Below, piece by piece: positions 8,011-10,891 of a DNA stretch of 10,891 nucleotides. Where the stretch lies: UHGV virus genome UHGV-0104605; one strand, written 5' to 3'. The stretch comes from a virus. Numbering within the stretch: position 1 is the first letter of the stretch; every line of letters starts with the position of its first letter. Position numbers and translations under genes: made by a program. The notes beneath the pieces were generated by a model that had not been told where the DNA came from, searched no databases, and worked only from the letters and a program-made list of their open reading frames with translations.

Positions 8011-8476
8011 AATTGCCAATGAATACGCAAAATTGATGGATTCAGATTTAGAGCCAGAGATGATTGCTGACACAATAGAAGGCATGGAAGGAGAATTTAC
8101 CGATAAAATAGAGCAACTTCTTGCCATTATTAAAAATGAATCTGGTTATGCTGAACGCCTCAAGGACGAGGCAAAGTCACTGAATGAGCGAGCCGCAGTA
8201 ATTCAAAATAAGATTGACAGCATTATGGCGTATATAGCGTCATCGCTTGAAATGGTTGGCAAGAAAAAGATTCGAGCAGGTATTCACCAGGTAACAATCC
8301 GCAAACCATCAGAAACTGTAGAAATCATCGACTCAAGCGCCCTTCCTCCTGAATACGTTGAGTTTGAAACGACAATTAAAGCCGACAAACTGGCAATCAA
8401 ACACCAACTAAAAGCAGGAATAAATATCCCCGGCGCTCAACTCAAAGTTGGGAAACCTTCACTTCTTATCAAATAA
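7994..8476 (+). CDS. Mu Gam-like / Siphovirus Gp157-family protein (recombination-associated, host-nuclease inhibitor candidate)
   Basis: About 160 aa from GTG 7994 (GGAGG 6 nt upstream; the track gives TTG 7988). N-terminal coiled-coil-like region and a basic C-terminal domain (KKKIRAGIHQVTIRKPSETVEII). Overlaps the recT 3' end. Family assignment is from recollection of architecture and genomic context. Confidence 0.5.
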   Translation: MSKLYEIANEYAKLMDSDLEPEMIADTIEGMEGEFTDKIEQLLAIIKNESGYAERLKDEAKSLNERAAVIQNKIDSIMAYIASSLEMVGKKKIRAGIHQVTIRKPSETVEIIDSSALPPEYVEFETTIKADKLAIKHQLKAGINIPGAQLKVGKPSLLIK

Positions 8477-8802
8477 TGGTATCGCCTATGAAAAAGACTC
8501 CATGGGAGAAATGGGAAGTCGATTTCTTGCGCGAAGTAGCGGCGACAATGCCAGTTGAAGTTATCGCTGAAAAACTGGAAAGGACTGAAAAAGCAGTAAT
8601 GGCGAAAGCAACAAGGATTGGCGCTGACATTGTTAGCCGACTTCGTGGAAGACGATGGACAAGAGCCGAAGTATCACTTTTCGGTAAGTTCTCCGCAGAA
8701 GAAATAGCAATTGCAACCTGCCGCTCAATTTATTCAGTAAGAGCTATGCGATACAAGCTAAAAAAACTCGATGAAGAAAGAGCAGGCATACGAATAAATT
8801 AA
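8476..8802 (+). CDS. Hypothetical protein (108 aa) with an internal two-fold repeat
   Basis: Start overlaps the previous stop (TAATG). Two similar segments ([41 protein letters not shown] and [39 protein letters not shown]), each resembling a small helical DNA-binding unit. Confidence 0.5.
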   Translation: MVSPMKKTPWEKWEVDFLREVAATMPVEVIAEKLERTEKAVMAKATRIGADIVSRLRGRRWTRAEVSLFGKFSAEEIAIATCRSIYSVRAMRYKLKKLDEERAGIRIN

Positions 8803-8818
8803 CAAAGAGGAATTTACC

Positions 8819-8983
8819 ATGAGAGGACTTGCATACAATCCCGGCATTCTTCCGGCAGAAATGATTATTCGCCAACGCGTAAAGCCAATGCCATCAAGAG
8901 AGGAATTGCTTAAGAGAAATTCTTTTCCATCAGTAAATCAAAACAAATATCTGAATGCAATGTGGCGGAGTGGGAAGAAATGA
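8819..8983 (+). CDS. Small hypothetical protein (54 aa)
   Basis: RBS AAGAGGAA then ATG 8819. The stop overlaps the next gene's ATG (ATGA at 8980-8983). Below the track cut-off. Confidence 0.4.
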   Translation: MRGLAYNPGILPAEMIIRQRVKPMPSREELLKRNSFPSVNQNKYLNAMWRSGKK

Positions 8984-9456
8984 AACAAATGACACTAATT
9001 GAGATGGATGGATTTCTGAAAGGTAAATGCATCCCAAGTGATTTAAAGGTTAACGAAACAAACGCTGAATATCTTGTCCGTAAGTTCGGTGAACTTGAAT
9101 CAAAACTGGAAACGGCGTTGCGGGAGTGTCGTTCTGCTGGAATCACGATTGATAACCTTGAGGCTAAATGCGCGAAGATGGCTGCTGAAAATACCTCACT
9201 TAAGCAATCTGAGAAGGAATTTAATGACTTTTGTCGTGAGGAGTTTAGCGAATGGGAAGATGATGTTACTGAAACCCCAGCCACCGACGCTTTCCTAGCT
9301 GAAGTTCGAGCGCAGGGCGTGGATATGGCTCGCAACGCGATGATTGATTTTTTTGATGGTGAAGTTGGGCCAAACAAGAACGTTCCGGGGCTGATTAGAG
9401 GCGCAGAGATATGCGTAAGTATTGCTGCCCAGCTTCGTAAAGGAGGCAACCAGTGA
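8980..9456 (+). CDS. Ead/Ea22-like modular protein, paralogue 1
   Basis: ATG 8980 (the track starts at GTG 8962). Shares segments with paralogue 2: [17 protein letters not shown] and a QLRKG C-terminus. Predicted coiled-coil N-terminal part. Confidence 0.6.
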   Translation: MKQMTLIEMDGFLKGKCIPSDLKVNETNAEYLVRKFGELESKLETALRECRSAGITIDNLEAKCAKMAAENTSLKQSEKEFNDFCREEFSEWEDDVTETPATDAFLAEVRAQGVDMARNAMIDFFDGEVGPNKNVPGLIRGAEICVSIAAQLRKGGNQ

Positions 9457-10151
9457 GCGAAATTAACTATAAAGAACTGCGCGAGGCGGCGAAACAGGCA
9501 ACGCAAGATGAATGGGTAGCATATATTTTGCCGGGTCATAACGGCATTTATCCTGCGCGCACGTCTGAGGGTAGGCATTGCGGATACTTTATTGACTGGC
9601 CTGGCGTCTGTCAGGGGCGGGAGAGCATCAGCATGAGCATCAGAACCTACGCAGTGAATTGCAATGACGCATGGCTAAACACCGAAGGTGATGACATCTC
9701 CGGCTCATACGTTAAGTACAAAGACCATCAGGAAGTGGTTGCCGCTCTTGAGGCCAAGTGTGCGGCGCTGGCAGCGGAGAGTTCGGGGATGAAGAAGTTC
9801 TGCAAAGACGCTGCATTCGATGCCGATTACGAAGCAGAGCTAGGTATGGAGCGTGGTGGATTCAGTGATGCGCTTAACGAAATCAAAACCCCAGCCACCG
9901 ATGCTTTTCTAGCTGAAGTGAAGACTGAAGCACGCAAGGAAGGCGCTTATTTTGTGGCGAACAGAATGTTGGCAGCCTGGAAAGCTGGTTTTATTGATGA
10001 TACTGCGAAGAACGCCGCGGATATTGCCCGGATGATCCTTACCTCTACTGAGTTTATGGCTAATGCGCCGGAAGGCGATTTTGATCGCTCATTCTCTGAT
10101 GGCGTTCTCGAAGATATCGCCGAACAGCTTCGTAAAGGAGTCATCCAATGA
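9453..10151 (+). CDS. Ead/Ea22-like modular protein, paralogue 2
   Basis: GTG start overlapping the previous stop (GTGA), with AAAGGAGG upstream. N-terminus [15 protein letters not shown] parallels paralogue 3 (MSKIDYQKLREIAEK). Internal modules are shared with paralogue 1. Confidence 0.65.
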   Translation: MSEINYKELREAAKQATQDEWVAYILPGHNGIYPARTSEGRHCGYFIDWPGVCQGRESISMSIRTYAVNCNDAWLNTEGDDISGSYVKYKDHQEVVAALEAKCAALAAESSGMKKFCKDAAFDADYEAELGMERGGFSDALNEIKTPATDAFLAEVKTEARKEGAYFVANRMLAAWKAGFIDDTAKNAADIARMILTSTEFMANAPEGDFDRSFSDGVLEDIAEQLRKGVIQ

Positions 10152-10594
10152 GCAAGATTGATTATCAAAAGCTTCGTGAAATCGCTGAAAAAACAAAAAT
10201 TGCTGGTGAAGCACCTGTAATGCCTTTCGATCAGCGAATTAATGCGCTTAACGATTTTATGAAGCACTTTTCGCCAGATATCGCGCTGGCATTGTTGGAT
10301 GAATGGGAAAGAAACCAGCAATACATAAAACGCCGCGATCAGGAGAACGAGGATATTGCGCTAACGGTAGGGAAGCTGCGCGTTGAGCTTGAGGCAGAAA
10401 AACAGCGGGCAAAGGATCTATTTATGGAAAATGCCCGGCTTAAGTCAGGTATAGCCCGTCTGATACACCTCGGTATTCGATATGCAGATGTTGAGGTCAT
10501 GAGAATTGCTGGAGATGCCCAGCTTTCTACCCCATGCACTGACAGCATCATAAACAGCATTGCAACAGGCATTCGCATCAAAGGAGGTGAGTAA
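10148..10594 (+). CDS. Ead/Ea22-like modular protein, paralogue 3
   Basis: ATG overlaps the previous stop (ATGA), with AAAGGAG upstream. Shares the N-terminal module with paralogue 2. Coiled-coil-like middle (ELEAEKQRAKDLFMENARLK). Confidence 0.6.
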   Translation: MSKIDYQKLREIAEKTKIAGEAPVMPFDQRINALNDFMKHFSPDIALALLDEWERNQQYIKRRDQENEDIALTVGKLRVELEAEKQRAKDLFMENARLKSGIARLIHLGIRYADVEVMRIAGDAQLSTPCTDSIINSIATGIRIKGGE

Positions 10595-10770
10595 TGCGTG
10601 TGGCATGTATCGGCTTGTTACCGTACCCGACTCGTTTTTTGGCTTCTGCGCTAATTGCAAAGCCACATGTCCTGATGGCTGACAACATCATCCCGGCACC
10701 AAAGCGCCGCCATACCGGTATTGCATCGGCACGACGAGCAGCAAAGAGACGCAGGAGAGCAAAACGATGA
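10594..10770 (+). CDS. Possible small protein (58 aa) with a highly basic C-terminus
   Basis: AAAGGAGGTGAG RBS then ATG 10594 (TAATG overlap). Ends ARRAAKRRRRAKR. Composition is unusual, so it could be a frameshifted remnant. Confidence 0.3.
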   Translation: MRVACIGLLPYPTRFLASALIAKPHVLMADNIIPAPKRRHTGIASARRAAKRRRRAKR

Positions 10771-10891
10771 AAAACCGTAAAGCAAAGATTCTGTTAGTTC
10801 GTAGAAACGCTCCTGGCGTCTGGCAGTGGGTGAGACTCAGCAACCGACGGATGGGGTTAATGAAACATTACGGGATGATGGATTGTGGTTT
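10767..10891 (+). CDS. Possible ORF, partial (runs off the window end)
   Basis: ATG 10767 overlaps the previous stop (ATGA). Begins MKNRKAKILLVRRNAPGVWQWVRLSNRR. Open to the window edge. Confidence 0.3.
   Translation, partial: MKNRKAKILLVRRNAPGVWQWVRLSNRRMGLMKHYGMMDCG

Noticed and set aside
7364-8127. ORFs 7364..7570 (+), 7477..7779 (-) and 7783..8127 (-)
   Set aside because: All are embedded in or antisense to the RecT and Gp157-like genes. The minus-strand frames are Cys/Phe-rich with no start context.
9074-9298. 74-aa plus-strand ORF in an alternative frame
   Set aside because: Internal to Ea22-like paralogue 1 in a different frame, with no independent support.
8910-9578. 222-aa minus-strand ORF
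   Set aside because: Although long, it is antisense to two translationally coupled Ea22-like genes, has Ser/Arg/Leu-rich composition and no RBS. It is most likely a consequence of codon bias on the coding strand. RNA-seq could revisit this.
9947-10666. Minus-strand ORFs 9947..10321, 10339..10581 and 10445..10666
   Set aside because: Antisense to the Ea22-like genes and the small basic ORF. No start signals.

Overview
This window is the early-control region of a mosaic lambdoid prophage of an enterobacterium, read with pL transcription on the + strand and pR transcription on the - strand. Gene order on the - strand: a partial Cys-rich nin-region gene, a small membrane protein, a tR2-like terminator, a DnaB-type helicase, an O-like initiator with an internal iteron origin, a small basic ORF, cII/C1-like activator (with a pRE-like TTGC-N6-TTGC site and an oop-like antisense terminator), tR1/nutR and Cro. 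On the + strand: OR1-3, cI, a translationally coupled secreted protein in the rex position, OL/pL, nutL, N, an orf28-like peptide, Ral, several small unknown genes, a cIII-like ORF, a RecT-family annealase, a Gam/Gp157-like protein, and three tandem Ea22-like paralogues. Cro, the cI N-terminal domain and the six 14-bp ACAA-N6-TTGT operators match phage 434 from memory; N, nutL, nutR and Ral look lambda-like; the cII-O-helicase module looks P22-like. No rRNA, tRNA, CRISPR array, transposase or integrase is visible. I see no unambiguous multi-gene defence system; the most promising candidates for new biology are the rex-position secreted protein, the small membrane protein after the helicase, the uncharacterised small genes between Ral and RecT, and the Ea22-like cassette. 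All homology statements are from recall and motif reading, not from searches.
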